A stretch of 64,000 bases of DNA from positions 798,274 through 862,273 of the forward strand of contig MU053645.1 in the NCBI GenBank assembly GCA_013239625.1, written 5' to 3'. This DNA is from Lama guanicoe. Its lineage: Eukaryota. Shown here one piece after another: positions 1 to 12,480 of this stretch (position 1 is the stretch's first letter; each line of letters starts with the position of its first letter). The translations under genes and the position numbers were made by a program. The notes beneath the pieces were generated by a model, which was given only the letters and a program-made list of their open reading frames with translations, made no database searches and had not been told where the DNA came from.

Positions 1-79
1 TGATAAATATATAAATTATATATATTATATACAATAAAAGGTGATAATCACCATGGAAACAGAAAAATTAGAGGAAGGT

Positions 80-2250
80 AAGCAGTATTAGTACAGGAGA
101 TGGAGACTGACTGAAAGAGAATCTTAAAGATTATGAATAAGGTAGTCAAAGAAGAGCCACTGATAAGATTAGAACAGAGGAAGTTGCACAACTGAAGGAA
201 ATGAGGGAGTTGGCCGTGTGAATATAGGAGAGGGAAGCATTCCGGACAAACGGACCAGCCAGTGCAAAGACTCTAAGGCTGGAGTGTATCTGTCATGTTT
301 CAGAAACAGCAAGGAAATCAGAGTGGCTGGAGCAGAGTGAGCACAGGAGAGACGAATGGAAAAGCAGTAGTGAGTCAGAGTGGTGCCAGCGACTAGGTCA
401 CCTAGGGCCTTGTAAGTCCCTGTAAGGACTTAGTTTTTATTCCAAATGAAATGGGAAGCCATCAGAAGGTCCTGAGCAGAACACAGACCTATATGATTTA
501 TGTTCTAAAAAGAGCACTCTGACTACTATGTTAAGAATAGCCTGAAGGGATACATGTGGGAAAGCAGAAAATCAAATTAGGAGTTTATTGTAACAGTAGA
601 GGTAAGAGATCGGGGCTTAGAACAGCAGTGGTGTGGAAGGCACAAACTGCGCCCCCAAAGTTCAACGGGGTTAACATCCTATGGAAGAACCCTTGACCAA
701 TGGGAGATGGGAGCTGAGAGAGAAATTATTCTCTACTTCTCCTCCTCGATCAAATATGTTCAAATATCCTTCCTTCTCCCCTGCCTCACTTCCTTTTTCA
801 TTCACTCCTGTTTCCCTGGGATTATATTCCAAAATACACATTAGCTTTCGCCTGATGGTTTATTTTCTAGGAACCCATGATAAAATAGAAGGAAGATCAG
901 GAGTTTGGTTTTGGATATACTGACTTTGACACAAGTAGAGATGCTGATAATCAGTAGGATAAAAAAGTCTGTGTTTGAGGAGAGAGATCTAGGCTGGAAG
1001 GTATACGTGTTGTAGTTCCCAATGTACAGATGGTATAAAAAACTGTAAGACTGTATAAACAGATCACGGAGGGAAGGAGAGTGGCTAGAGATGAATAATA
1101 CTAAGGACCAAGCCCTAAGGCCTTCTGACATTAAGAGGTGAGGAGGAATATGAGGAGTCAGCCAAGGAACTTTGGAAAGGGTAACCAGTGCAGTAGGAGG
1201 AAAACTAGGAAAGTGTGATTCTCTGGAACTCAGTTGAAGAAAGCAGGGGTGATCACCTGTGCCAAATGTGCTGACCACGTAAAAGGATGAGTGAACACTG
1301 ACCTGACTATTGGATTTAGTATTGTCGCAGTCATTGGAGACTTTGGTAAGAGCAGGTCTGGTGGAGTGGTGAAGGTAAAATTCTGACTGAAATGGATTCA
1401 ACAGAGAATTAGCAGAGAGGAGCTCAAGACTGTGAGTGCAGACAACAGCTTCTCTGAATTAATTTTCATACAAATGGAAGCAAGGAAATGGCGGCAATGG
1501 CTGGCAGGGCAAGTGGAGTTAAAGGTATAGATATTGACCCATGTGCACGCTGATGGACATGTTTCAGCAGAAATAGGAGAGAAATGGGAGAACTGCTCAG
1601 GTGATATCCTTGAATAGGCAAAATGGGATAGGATATACTGTACAAGTGAATTGATTGGCCTTACATAGGAGCAAGGCTAGTTGATCAGTGGTAACAAACT
1701 TGAAGGTAGAATATGTAGGTACAGATGCCAGCAAGGGAGTAGAAGTTCTCTCCTAATTGCCTCAATTCTTTTACAATACAGTGAGAAATAAGGGGAGGAT
1801 ATGTTGGAAGCTGAAGGAGAGGAGATACGAAATAGTCATCTAGGAGGACAGGAGACTGAATGGTCCAAGAAGACATAAGTCATGATGATAAATTTAAAGT
1901 AAGACCAGTCAATGCTGTTATGTTTTCCTACAGTAAAAAGTTCAGCTGCAAGGATACATGTACAAGCATAGATGGAGAGTTGGGTTTAAACAGTGTTGTG
2001 ATTTTCACAAGTGAGCAAGATGAAGGGGGAAAGGGTTCTAGGGAATCAAGAGGGTATATATATGAGTCATTAAATTGATTGATCATGGAATTTAAAGTAT
2101 GCAAGGTAAGAAGACAGCAATGGATAGTGAAAAAAACTGGGATCAATGAGCTGCAGCTCTGGATGGGGTAAACAGATTATTAGAACTGTGGTATAGAGTG
2201 AGCGAGAGGTGATGGCAAGAGTAGAATACATGACAATTGTATAATGAGAG
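80..2250 (-). mobile_element. Ancient LINE-2 fragment including a decayed RT region
   Basis: ORF 841-1401(-) NPFQSEFYLHHSTRPALTKVSND..STFGTGDH resembles the L2/CR1 RT motif QSGFRPHHSTETALxKVTND..AFDTVDH. Typical L2 3' sequence lies around 880-1150. Boundaries approximate. Confidence 0.75.
640..870. mobile_element. Possible ERVL LTR (LTR16-like) fragment inside the L2
   Basis: ccttgaccaatgggagatgggagc motif recalled from the LTR16 family; it interrupts the L2. Confidence 0.35.
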
Positions 2251-2441
2251 GGATTGCTACAGCCTGGAGCCCTCCAAAATGTTTCAGATTGCCTGCCACA
2301 ATCATTATATTACCTTCTTAGGACACTGAAAAGACCGAATTTGCAACTCCTGGACTATGCCGAAACCTCGATAGGAGCAAAATAACCATAAAATGGAAAA
2401 TCACTGAATTTTGCATAATGATACAAGGGATGGAAATTCAT

Positions 2442-2448
<7 letters not shown>

Positions 2449-2473
<25 letters not shown>
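2449..2473. repeat. (CA)n microsatellite
   Basis: Direct CA run preceded by TACA units. Confidence 0.9.
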
Positions 2474-2514
2474 GTGTCAACTAGCTCATAAATGATTATT
2501 TGAAATCAATTCTT

Positions 2515-3940
2515 TCTTTTTTTTTTTTCCAAACTGCAAATTGCCCCAAGTTTTATTTGTAGTCCATACAAAAGGGGGAAAAAATGTAAGGTTTTCTAAC
2601 ACCACCTATTTGGGAAGATGGGGAAGTGGGACTGTGCCGCTCAGCATCAGCGAGAACATCAGGGGTCTGTAGGGATTTGGACATACTCCAACTGACTGTC
2701 CCAAAAGGAACTCAGTCTCAACACAGTCTACAGAGGGACAAAGTCTGGGCCCCCTGGACTGCTGGCACAGCTTGGCGCATAGGAAATGGTTAGGCTAACC
2801 CTTTGCTGGCCTCCCTCACATCTAAAAAGAAAAAGGCGCCACCAACCTCAGCTGCAGGTTGCTTCCCCATCCAGACGACCTAAATATCGCTCATAAAAAT
2901 AAAAGGGAGACAGGAAAAAAATAAAAACATAAAAGAAATTCCCATCCTGGGGAGATGGGAGGCAGGGGAGAGGGGAACCGCAGATCTAAAGCCAGTAGCA
3001 AGATTTGCTGCTGAGGCGAAGGAATAAAGTAGATTACTGCAGAACATTCAAAAAGATCGTCTCCTGGGGAAGGCCCACATGGTAGAGGGGTTGAAAAATC
3101 GCAAACAGGGTAAGTATGGGCCAGCGGTTATAACCTGGGTCTGCACCCTACCCCACCTCACCTCGACTTCCGTCCCTGTGATGCCCCATCCCAGGATGGC
3201 CCTACAAGTGGCGCTGGTCGCCAGAGTGCATCTGAGCTGTCCGCCGGTAATCATTATAGGGGCCCGAACACCGTGCGTAATCGGAATGGGCATCCGGCAG
3301 GTGACGGTAATCCAGCGAGGACTTTGTCGACGAGCTGCAGAACGAAAGCCGCAACTCTGACAAACGGGAGTAATCAGAGAGCTCGGCTAAACGCCGGTCA
3401 GAACCATACCCTTGGTTGAGAGTTCCACGTCAATGCGCTTGCCCTTCACTTCTTTGCCATTGCAGCTGCATGATGGCGGCTTTGGCATCTGCTTCCTTCT
3501 CCTTGTGAACAAACGCGTAGTCTTTCACCAAGTCACAGTCGATGAGGCGGCCGCGGCGCTCGAAGAGGCTGTGCAAGTCCTGGCTCGTGCACACAGCCCA
3601 CACGTTGCCCACGAATATCTTGCAAGTGTTACGAGGCCGTAGGCGCGACATCTCCACCATGAATGCGCGCCGCAGCTCGTGGCCGTGCAAGGCCTCGACG
3701 GCGCGCGGCGCGCCCGGCGCTCTCGCGCATGCGCACCAAGGCGAACTGGTTCACAATGGCGCAGCCCACGACCGTGCCGCTGGGCGCTAAGAGCGCTGCC
3801 AGCTCCTCCGGGGCCGTATCCGCCTCACCGACGTTTCCCATGCAAATCTTCATTTTGCTGCCTCAGTCGCCTTCCTGGCGAGCCGAGACCTCTCCTCCAG
3901 CGACAGGTGAGACGTCCGACCGGCTGGCAGTCCTCCCCGG
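2515..3940 (-). pseudogene. RBM14: Processed pseudogene of RBM14 (CoAA), copied from the short CoAM isoform
   Basis: ATG at 3853 begins MKICMGNVGEADTAPEELAALLAPSGTV (RBM14 RRM1: [28 protein letters not shown]). RRM2 is [36 protein letters not shown]. No intron at the exon1/2 junction (3522/3521). Frameshifts near 3714 and 3462. About 87 nt of 5'UTR, a 3'UTR, AATAAA at 2557-2552 and poly(A) at ~2515-2528. TSD GAAAT(T)CAATTCTT at 2502-2514 and 3941-3954. Confidence 0.95.
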
Positions 3941-6349
3941 GAAATTCAATTCTTATTTTCTAATTATCAAATATAACCCATTAAAAAAACAGGTGATCCT
4001 GCTTACAAAGCAGGTAAATCTTGCTAACTAACTAAACTGTAAATATCTGTTTCCCTCCAATGAACATACTGAAGGGACTTCAAGTTATATAGGTATTGTA
4101 CAATAGAATGGTTCTATTTCAGAGTATTACATAGCTAATGCATAACGGTATAGTTATACTTCTAAACATTAGAGCATATCTAATTCGCTATTAATGAAAT
4201 AAAGATTAATTACAATTGTCACTACTTTGCTATTTATGTATAATTTTATAAACAGGTAGATTATCAAATTGTGGAGGTTGAAAAAATACTACTTTCAGGT
4301 TATGTATGTGTTTCTGCATAATTGCTACAAAAATAAGTAAATCAGGGACTTCCACTTATAAACCACAATAGGAGGAAAAAGTAACTAATTGTGTTACACT
4401 TTCACCTACACAGGCCACAGAAGGCACTGCTGCTGTCTCCAGAGCCTGCTGCACAATTTTGATCTTTTCTGAGGTCAATTAATTCTATAAGATTCAGGCT
4501 CTCATTTTTCCTACAAGAAACTATCTACTCTCCTAGAAATTGCTACTTGAGCAACCAACTTGTTGACACTTAACTTTTCAAGGATCAATACTTAAGTTGG
4601 CATTGAATTATGAGAAACGTTGAGTGTCCTTGAAAATCTCTTGGTTACCATAATGGGGAGTAGGAGAGGCGGGTGGGAAATGACAGAAGCTGTTTCTTAG
4701 TCTCCTAGGTAGACTAGAACAATTACTTTTCTTTCTAACACCATAAGTTTCCTTTCAATATGGTATAAAGCAAGGCCCATGGTATATGCTCAATGAGTGT
4801 TTGTTGACTGAAATACAAACTTGTTTAATATTTGCTACATAGGCACTTTTAGGTCAAGATCACTTATGGGCCATTAAAATCAGGCAGAATTACTGTATAC
4901 TTATATTTTTTTTCTTTTTTGTTATGGAACATTTCAAATATATTCAAAATAAAAACAATACAATGAACCCTCATGTATTCATTGTACAGATTCAAAAAAT
5001 AGCAACATACATTTCTTGTTTCAAATATCTCCAACCCCCCTCAATTTTTCTGGGGATTCTGTTTTACTCAAGTAATAATCACACAAATGTGAGGAAAAGC
5101 AAGGCAAACATCATGTCATGCCTCCGAGCTGTATAAATGCACTAAGGAACTCTTTAAAAAGAGTTTGTGAGGCATTCAGATTTTGAGAACCTTATTTATT
5201 TCAATGATTACTAAAGACCAAAAATAGATTATGTTCCCATTTAAGAAGAGGGCTCCTGATTCTGTTTACTTCACTGGAGAGGTAAATGGTCATGATGGTT
5301 TTGAACATATAACTGATTCTCTGCACTTGACCATCGTCATCCCCAAACACACAGGTTTCTACAGATACTCTATTATATTTAATCATTCTTTTCAATATCT
5401 ATGAATTCAATTCAGGATTATATGAATACATCTATCTTCATCCACAGCTTAAGTCGCCCCCTGTTCCAAGTTGTTGAGAAAGTGATATGCGGGATTTTGT
5501 CAAATAAGATTACTCTCATCATTTTTATTCTACTAAGTGCCTCCACTGAAAAGATTTGAGTGGAAAGAGGGGTAGACAGTAATTCTGGGATTGGCATAGC
5601 TCTCAAAACATGACTCACTTCTCCACAGTTCCTCTATTACTATCCCAATGACATGCTGAGAAATTCAAGTAATCACTCTTGGGACTGGCTAGAGAAAAAC
5701 ACAAAAATGAGTAATTGGCTACTGAAAGGTCACAAACAGTAAACCTTTCTTGCTATGATTCAAATGGGTGGAGACTTACTAAATATTTCATATCTGCAGT
5801 TTTAAACATACTGAAATCAATAGAGTGACCTTTAATGAGGTCAACAAAGCACAGAAAAATCATCCATAATTATCTTAAAATAGTATCAAATTTGGGATGC
5901 TAGGTGATATAGACATTGCCAAATTCAGAGCTCTTTTTCACTATAAATGCCACTGTCTTGGCAGTGGCATAAAATCACCTATATAGACTGAATTTCTCAT
6001 TTGGCACATATTTGGAGTCAGTGGCTACTACTAAATCTCAAAAACATGTTTATTATTCATAACCAAATGCTAGCTACTTCACTTATGTCATTCTGTAAGA
6101 GATTTCTGTATCTCTGAATTGACACAAGATTGTTGTATCCTTTAGGACAGTGGTTCACACTTTTTTCCCTTATCAAGGCACACACATGAGGAGTAATATT
6201 CAAAACTTCGCCCACCCTTCTCAGTTCCAATCATTCCCTAAGACCTGTTGCATGAATAAAAGAGGTCATCAGTTATGCCTGAATATAATAAGCCTCTGCT
6301 CCACGGAGTACCACTCCTTTCATGAGAACCACTTACTTAGGTGATATCT

Positions 6350-9000
6350 ACAATAGATACAAACAAGGTCAATCTGATATGTATTTGATAGAGGGAGCCA
6401 TCTATAGGAAAGGATTTCAGGGGAATTGGGAAATCCCACTTGTTCATGACATAGTACAAGGCTTTGCTTGAAAGCAAATAGGCTGTCAGCTGAGAGGGCC
6501 TAGAAGCAACACTCCCCCAGTAGCAACCAACACTCCTAGCATCCAAATCTTGGTTTATAGTATGGTTTTCCATTAAAAAGAATCAAGCCTCCTTGGGAAT
6601 ATGGCTGATGCAAGACTGGGAGCCATAAATAGAGAAGATAAACTTGAAGTGTCTTATAGTGATAAAATATAAGAAAATGCTAAAAAAAAAAAAAACAAAA
6701 AACTATAATGAAACTGGACAGCTGCTTGTAAATCAATGAAGTTAGAACACTCCCTCACACCATACACAAAAATAAACTCAATGGTTTAAAGACTTAAACA
6801 TTAAGACAAGACTCTATAATCCTCTTAGAAGAAAACATAGGCAAAACAGAAGAAAACATAGGCAAAACATTTTCTGACATAAATCTTAGCAATGTTCTCC
6901 TAGGGCAGTCTACCCAGGCAATAGAAATAAAAGCAAAAATAAACAAAGGGGACCTAATTAAACTTATAAGCTTTTGCACAGCAAAGGAAACCATAAGCAA
7001 AACAAAAAGACAACCTACAGAATGGGAAAAAAAATATTTGCCAAAGATGAGACTGACAGGGCTTAATTTTCAGAATATGTGAACAGCTTATACAACTTAA
7101 TAAGAAAAAAACAAATAACCCAATCCAAAAATGGGCAGAAGACCTAAACAAGCAATTCTCCAATGAAGACATGCAAATGACCAAAAGGCACATGAAAAAA
7201 ATGTTCAGTATCACTAATTGATAGAGAAATGCAAATCAAAACTACAATGAGGTATCACTTCACACCAGTCAGAATGGCCATCATTCAAAATTCCACAAAC
7301 AATAAATGCTGGAGAGGGTGTGGAGAAAAGGGAACCCTCCTATACTGTTGGTGGGAATGTAGTTTGGTGCAGCCATTACGGAAAACAGTATGGAGATTCC
7401 TCAAAAAACTAAAAGTAAACTTACAGTATGATCCAGCAATCCCACTCCTGGGCATATATCCAGAGGGAACATTAATTTGAAAAGATACATGAACCCCAAC
7501 ATTCATAGCAGCACTATATACAACAGCCAAGACATGGAAGCAACCTAAATGTCCATCAACAGATGATTGGATAAAGAAGTTGTGGTATATTTCTACAATG
7601 GAATACTACTTGGCCATAAAAAATAAAATAATGTCATTTGCAGCAACATGGATGAAACTGGAGAATGTCATTCTAAGTGAAGTAAGTCAGAAAGAGAAAG
7701 ACAAATACCATGTGATATCACTTATATGTGGAATGTTAAAAAGACATTGTAAAAATGTAAAAATGTAAATATAAAATGTAAATGTAGAATGTAAAAAAAG
7801 ACAAAACAGAAATACTCACAAACATAGAAAACAAACTTATGGTTACCAGAGGGGGAAAGGGGTGAAAAGGGATTGGTAGTTCGAGATTTGCAGATACTAA
7901 CAAATATATATAAAATAGGCAAATAACAAGTTTATGCTGTATAGCACAGGGAACTATATTCAATATCTTGTATTAACTTATGGTGAAAATATGAAAATGA
8001 ATATATATATGTTCATATATGACTGAAGCCTTATGTTCTACACCAGAAATTGACACAACATTGTAAACTGACTATACTTCAATAAAAATACATATATACA
8101 AAAATAATGATGATGAGGTAATGGCAAAGGGATAAATGTATCAACTGAAAGAGTTCCCAATGGACAAAGGTGGAGGAATTTGACCCAGAAAATAAATTAG
8201 CATTGGATTATTACTCAGTGTAAAATAAAAATATCCATGATTCCATGGTGATATACATAAGTGATTGAATAAATAAATAAATGGGAGAGAAAAAATAAAT
8301 ATCCCACACAGAAGAATTCTAAATAATTTTATGTAGCTATTTTGCTCTTAATGAGGTAGAGCATAACTACCACTCTTTAAGTATGGACTATGAGTAACCA
8401 CTTTCTTCCAAAGAGAACAATTTGAAAAGGGAGGGAAGACAGAGCAACTTTAAGTGAAGGAAGACAAACACTACCTTGAGCCAGATGGTCAAGGTGAATA
8501 TCTACAGTGATAAAGCATATTGATACCTCAAACCCTTAGTATGATGTGATGAAAATGATATTTTACCTCTGTGGTCTTCCTCCAGAAAACATATGACCCT
8601 GGTATAACCATGAAAAAAATCAGATAAATCCCAACTAATTCTACAAAATATCTGAACAGTACTATTCAAACCATCAAGGTCATCAGAAACAAGGAGAGTC
8701 TGAGAAACCACAACAGCAAAAAGGAGCTTAAGGAAACATGACATGTATGTAATGTGGTATCCCAGATGGAATCCTAGAACAGAAAAGGAGCAGCAAGGAA
8801 AACATGAGGAAGTCTGAATAAAACACAGACTCCAGTTAACGATGATGTACCACTGTTGGTTCATTAATTGTAACAAATGTACCAAAGTTGTGGAAAATAT
8901 TAGTAATAGGGGAAAACGGGTGTAGGGCATACAGAAAGTTTCTGTACTGTCTTTCCAATAATTCTGCAAATCCAAAACTTCTAAAATTTAGAAGTTTATT
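6350..9000 (+). mobile_element. Old L1MC-like 3' region, split by the younger L1 at 6711-8103
   Basis: L1MC-type 3'UTR motifs occur on both sides (gagagggcctagaagcaac; caactgaaagagttcccaatgg; ttaattgtaacaaatgtacca), ending in an A-rich tail near 9000. Confidence 0.6.
6711..8103 (+). mobile_element. 5'-truncated younger L1 (ORF2 C-terminus plus 3'UTR)
   Basis: ORFs 7229-7480 ([50 protein letters not shown]) and 7580-7768 (WYI.TMEYY.AIK..SFAATWMKLE.VILSEVSQ) are the L1 ORF2 C-terminus, broken by indels. G-rich 3'UTR tract, AATAAA and an A-rich end follow. Confidence 0.95.
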
Positions 9001-9014
9001 CAAAAGCAAATTGT

Positions 9015-9162
9015 GGGGGGGAAGGGTATAGCTCAAGTGGTAAAGCACATGCTTAGCATACACAAAGTCCTAGGTTCAATCCCCAGTACCTCCTCCAAAA
9101 ATAAATAAGTAAACCTAATTACCTACCCCCCCAAAAATAAATAAAATAATTTTTTAAAAAAA
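9015..9162 (+). mobile_element. tRNA-derived SINE, Vic-1-like (camelid)
   Basis: GGGGGAAGGGTATAGCTCAAGTGGTAAAG (A box), GGTTCAATCCCCAGTACC (B box) and an A-rich tail. Imperfect TSD aaaagcaaatt / aaaagaaaatt. Confidence 0.85.
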
Positions 9163-10751
9163 GAAAATTTATTGCAGCACATTTTGTAGGGCCAAAAAAA
9201 AAAACCAAACACTGAAAACAAAGTATATGCACATCAATAGGAAAACAGTTGACGAAATTGTGGTATCACAGACTATTAAACAGCACAGAATATTATATAT
9301 TTAAAAGGATGGGTGAGCTCTCTATCAATTGACTTGGAAATAGTTACACTATGTATTTGGGTAAGAAAAGAAAATAACAAAGAAATATATAACTCTTTTT
9401 ATTTTGTAAATCAATGAGGAGAAAATCCCCATGTAGATATGCTTGTATAATTAAAAGAATAAGGAGAAGGTATTCAAAGATACACACTAGACTGTGAGCA
9501 TCGCTCAGAGTAGGGGAATGGGGTAGAAGAAAGAAGGGAAGAGGGGAGAGGTAGCTGGACTGAGAAAATAAGCAGGACAGAGAAAGTAAGCAACAACATA
9601 TTCAATCATTCATTGTAAGTATAGCACCTGTATATCGGGGGCTGATGCTTTGCAAATACAATTTTAAATTTGGGAAAACAAAACAAACAAACAGAGCAAA
9701 CGGAATAGGGGGAGGAAAAGAGATCTATTTTAGATTGGCAGAATGTAATGAGGATGGGGAACGAAGAGGGTGTAAACAGGCAGAGAGTAACAGCACCCTA
9801 AAAAATATAGCGTCAGATACTGAAGCCAAGTTACACTCACTTCTTACATTTACCAAGAGCTGCCCAAGGAGGTGAAAATATTATTACTAATAAATCAATC
9901 ACCAATAGTGTAAAATATTATTACACTAAGGGTGTGATCCAAATGATTGCTATTTCTGCTAATATCCTGGAGATTTTGCCCACGCCAAAAAGACTAAACT
10001 TGCTTCCCCAACACTTCCTCCCAATCCACATACAAAAGTGATTCTTAGAGCGTCAAGAATGTTCTCTTTTTATATACCACCTTGCTCTCCTGCCCTTTTG
10101 AACAATGAGGCCACACCAGGGGCTTCCAAGTGCTTTTGATGAAGAAGTGACAAAGTTTTGGCGTCAAAGTCCACAGGAAACAGAAATAGGCAGGGTCTGC
10201 ATTTCCAAGACGGTAAAATCAAACAATAGAGTGCAGGTCCCTGGTGAGCAAGGTCAGACACTTCCAAAGTACTGAAAAGTAGTTTAAAGGCCACCACAGC
10301 TACCTACTTCAGTACCTCTGATGCAGTCTCTGAGATGGGAGATTCTAGAACCTAGCACTGGGGTGGAGGGGGGAAGAAGGACATATTGTGGAATCCCTAA
10401 GGATTATTTTTTCTGTTTGATTGCTTTTCACTGTAAACTTGCAAGCAGGTACTGTATCTGTGGTATCTTCCCAGCATAGTATGTAGGAACACAGGATGAC
10501 TGTGTGTCTATAGGGCCCATGTTGAAAGCAAACAAATAAATATTTACACACAGTGGACTCAAACTCACATTGCCAATCCTATGAAGAATTTCATCAGAAA
10601 CTCATTTGTTAAAAGATCTTCCAGAAGCATATGAGTCTATTTTCCGTCAATAAGAAATGAGAGACTGTGGCCTAAATGATACTTCAGGTCATTTTCATGG
10701 GAAGATATTGAGATTAAAACAACTGGCTCTATGCAGAAACAATCATTAATA

Positions 10752-11263
10752 CTGATCTTTCTCCATTTATAATGGGGTTACATCCTGATAAACCCATGGT
10801 AAGTTGAAAATACTGTAAGTCAAAATGCACTTAATACATCTAACTTACTGAACATCATAGCTTAGCCTAGCGTATCTTGCATGTGCTCAGAACACTTACA
10901 CTTGGGCAAAATCATCTAACACAAAGTGTATTTTATAATAAAGTGCTGCATCTATAATGTAACTTATTGAATCCTGCACAGAGAGTAAAAAAAAAAAGAA
11001 ACCCCACAGAATGGTTGTATGGGTACAGAACGGTTGTAGAGTGTATCAGTTGTTTATCTCACAATCTCGTGGATACTGGGAGGCGTGGCTTACTGCCTGC
11101 CACTGCCCAGCATCTTGAGATAGTATCATACCGCATATCGCTAGCCTGAAAAAGATCAAAATGCAAAATTCAAAGAACGTTTTCTACTGAGTGTGTATCA
11201 CTTTCACACCACAGTAAAGTTGAAAACTCCTAAGTCCAACCATCTGAAGTCAGAGACTGTCTG
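10752..11263. mobile_element. MER47/Tigger5-like TcMar DNA transposon
   Basis: Starts after TA with ..ttataatggggttacatcctgataaacccatggtaagttgaaaa and ends ..taagtccaaccatctgaagtcagagactgtctg, as in the recalled MER47 consensus. Confidence 0.75.
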
Positions 11264-11540
11264 GATAAGACCCCAGGGCAGGGGTGGAGTTGGGGAATAA
11301 TTCAATCACCAAATTTTCTGAATTATATGAGTACACACAGTAAATGGGAGTCTTATGAAAATTTGATAAGAACTTGCTATGTAGTTTCAATAAATAAGTA
11401 GAACTGAATTTACTGAAGCTCCACATGTACCACAGGCTTTCAGGAATAGAACCAGTGTATAACATGCAGCCCACTCGGCACACATTCCAGTCCTAGACTA
11501 CCAGCCGTGACATTGAGCAATATTTTCACACAGCACTCAC

Positions 11541-11814
11541 CTTAGAACACAAGTGTAGAATCCACTGTCTTGTGCCTCAGCTGAGTGAAACCATATTGAA
11601 TCTTCCTCTTTGCTCATCCTGACCTCTGAAAAGATGATGGGCTCTTCCAAATCACCTTTGTTTTTGTACCACATAAGCCTGAGCCCAGTGCTCTGGGCCA
11701 TGCTATAGTTGGTACGGATATAACTGTAGAAGAGGGCACATTTCACTCGGACTGGTTCACCTGCCAAAGCCATGTATGTCTTCAGATCCACTGACCAGTC
11801 AATGCAGCCATCCA
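11541..11814 (-). CDS. IL1RAPL2: IL1RAPL2 internal coding exon (first Ig-like domain; exon 3 in human numbering)
   Basis: Translates (V)[90 protein letters not shown](R), matching the recalled IL1RAPL2 N-terminal Ig domain. On the - strand the acceptor is tctggttttctttcag|TGGATGG (11815/11814) and the donor is GTTCTAAG|gtgagt (11541/11540). Length 274 bp, phase 1 to phase 2. Confidence 0.96.
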
Positions 11815-11874
11815 CTGAAAGAAAACCAGATTGGGCATGAGATGGAGTGAGCACTGTTGATATTAATGAGAAGA

Positions 11875-12480
11875 GTAACAGTCATTGCCAACGTGTACTG
11901 AGGACTTGCTGTGAGCCAGACACTGTGCCAAGTGTTTTACACAGGTTACCTCATTCAGTCTTCCCAGTGATCCTATAAGATAGTTCAGCATCTGCCTTCC
12001 ACCTGGGCAAGCAGGATTCCTGCTTTAGCCCTATGCCTTTGGGGTACTTCCAATTCTCTAGAGTAACCTTCTGCTTGGGGATGACTAGCTCCTGGGAGGA
12101 GCTCTGAGGTTGTCCTGGGCTCCCACAGCTAGCTACCAATTCCAGTAGGGTAGCCTGTCAAGTGGATTGCTCCTGCTAGTCACTTGGTAATCACTTAACA
12201 GGTGAATTTTGTAAGATTAGTTGGCTAGACTGACTGTTGATTTTAGGTGACTCAAACTGTTTATTTAGATAAGCACCCCACAAAACAAATACTTCCTCAG
12301 GACCCCTACATAGCCTAGGAGCAGCCCTGAGGTTGATACTCTTATTATTCTTACTTTACAGGTAAGAAATCTGAGACTCAGAGAAGTTCAGTGACTTTGC
12401 CTATTGTCACAGAACTAAGACATGGTGGACAACCAGTCTCTGACTCCAGAGACTGTGTTCTTAAGCCCTATCCTATATTT
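11875..12480 (-). mobile_element. MIR split by a ~340-bp insert (possibly a hAT-Tip100-like MITE)
   Basis: MIR halves at ~11875-11975 (ccagacactgtgccaagtgttttac) and ~12326-12480 (ttacaggtaagaaatctgagactcagagaag). The identity of the insert is uncertain. Confidence 0.55.

Noticed and set aside
841..1401. 186-aa ORF as a protein-coding gene or active reverse transcriptase
   Set aside because: A degenerate L2 RT remnant lacking intact motifs.
3048..4031. Overlapping ORFs on both strands as a novel gene or an intact RBM14 retrogene
   Set aside because: They are by-products of a GC-rich pseudogene. The RBM14 frame is broken by two frameshifts.
5947..5970. Short hairpin ATGCCACTG..CAGTGGCAT
   Set aside because: A 9-bp stem is plausible by chance in 64 kb, and there is no other support.
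9015..9090. tRNA gene (also at 57014)
   Set aside because: SINE heads with A-rich tails and degenerate stems.
11815..11854. N-terminal extension [13 protein letters not shown] of ORF 11537-11854
   Set aside because: Intronic. It spans the polypyrimidine tract and AG acceptor, and there is no ATG start.
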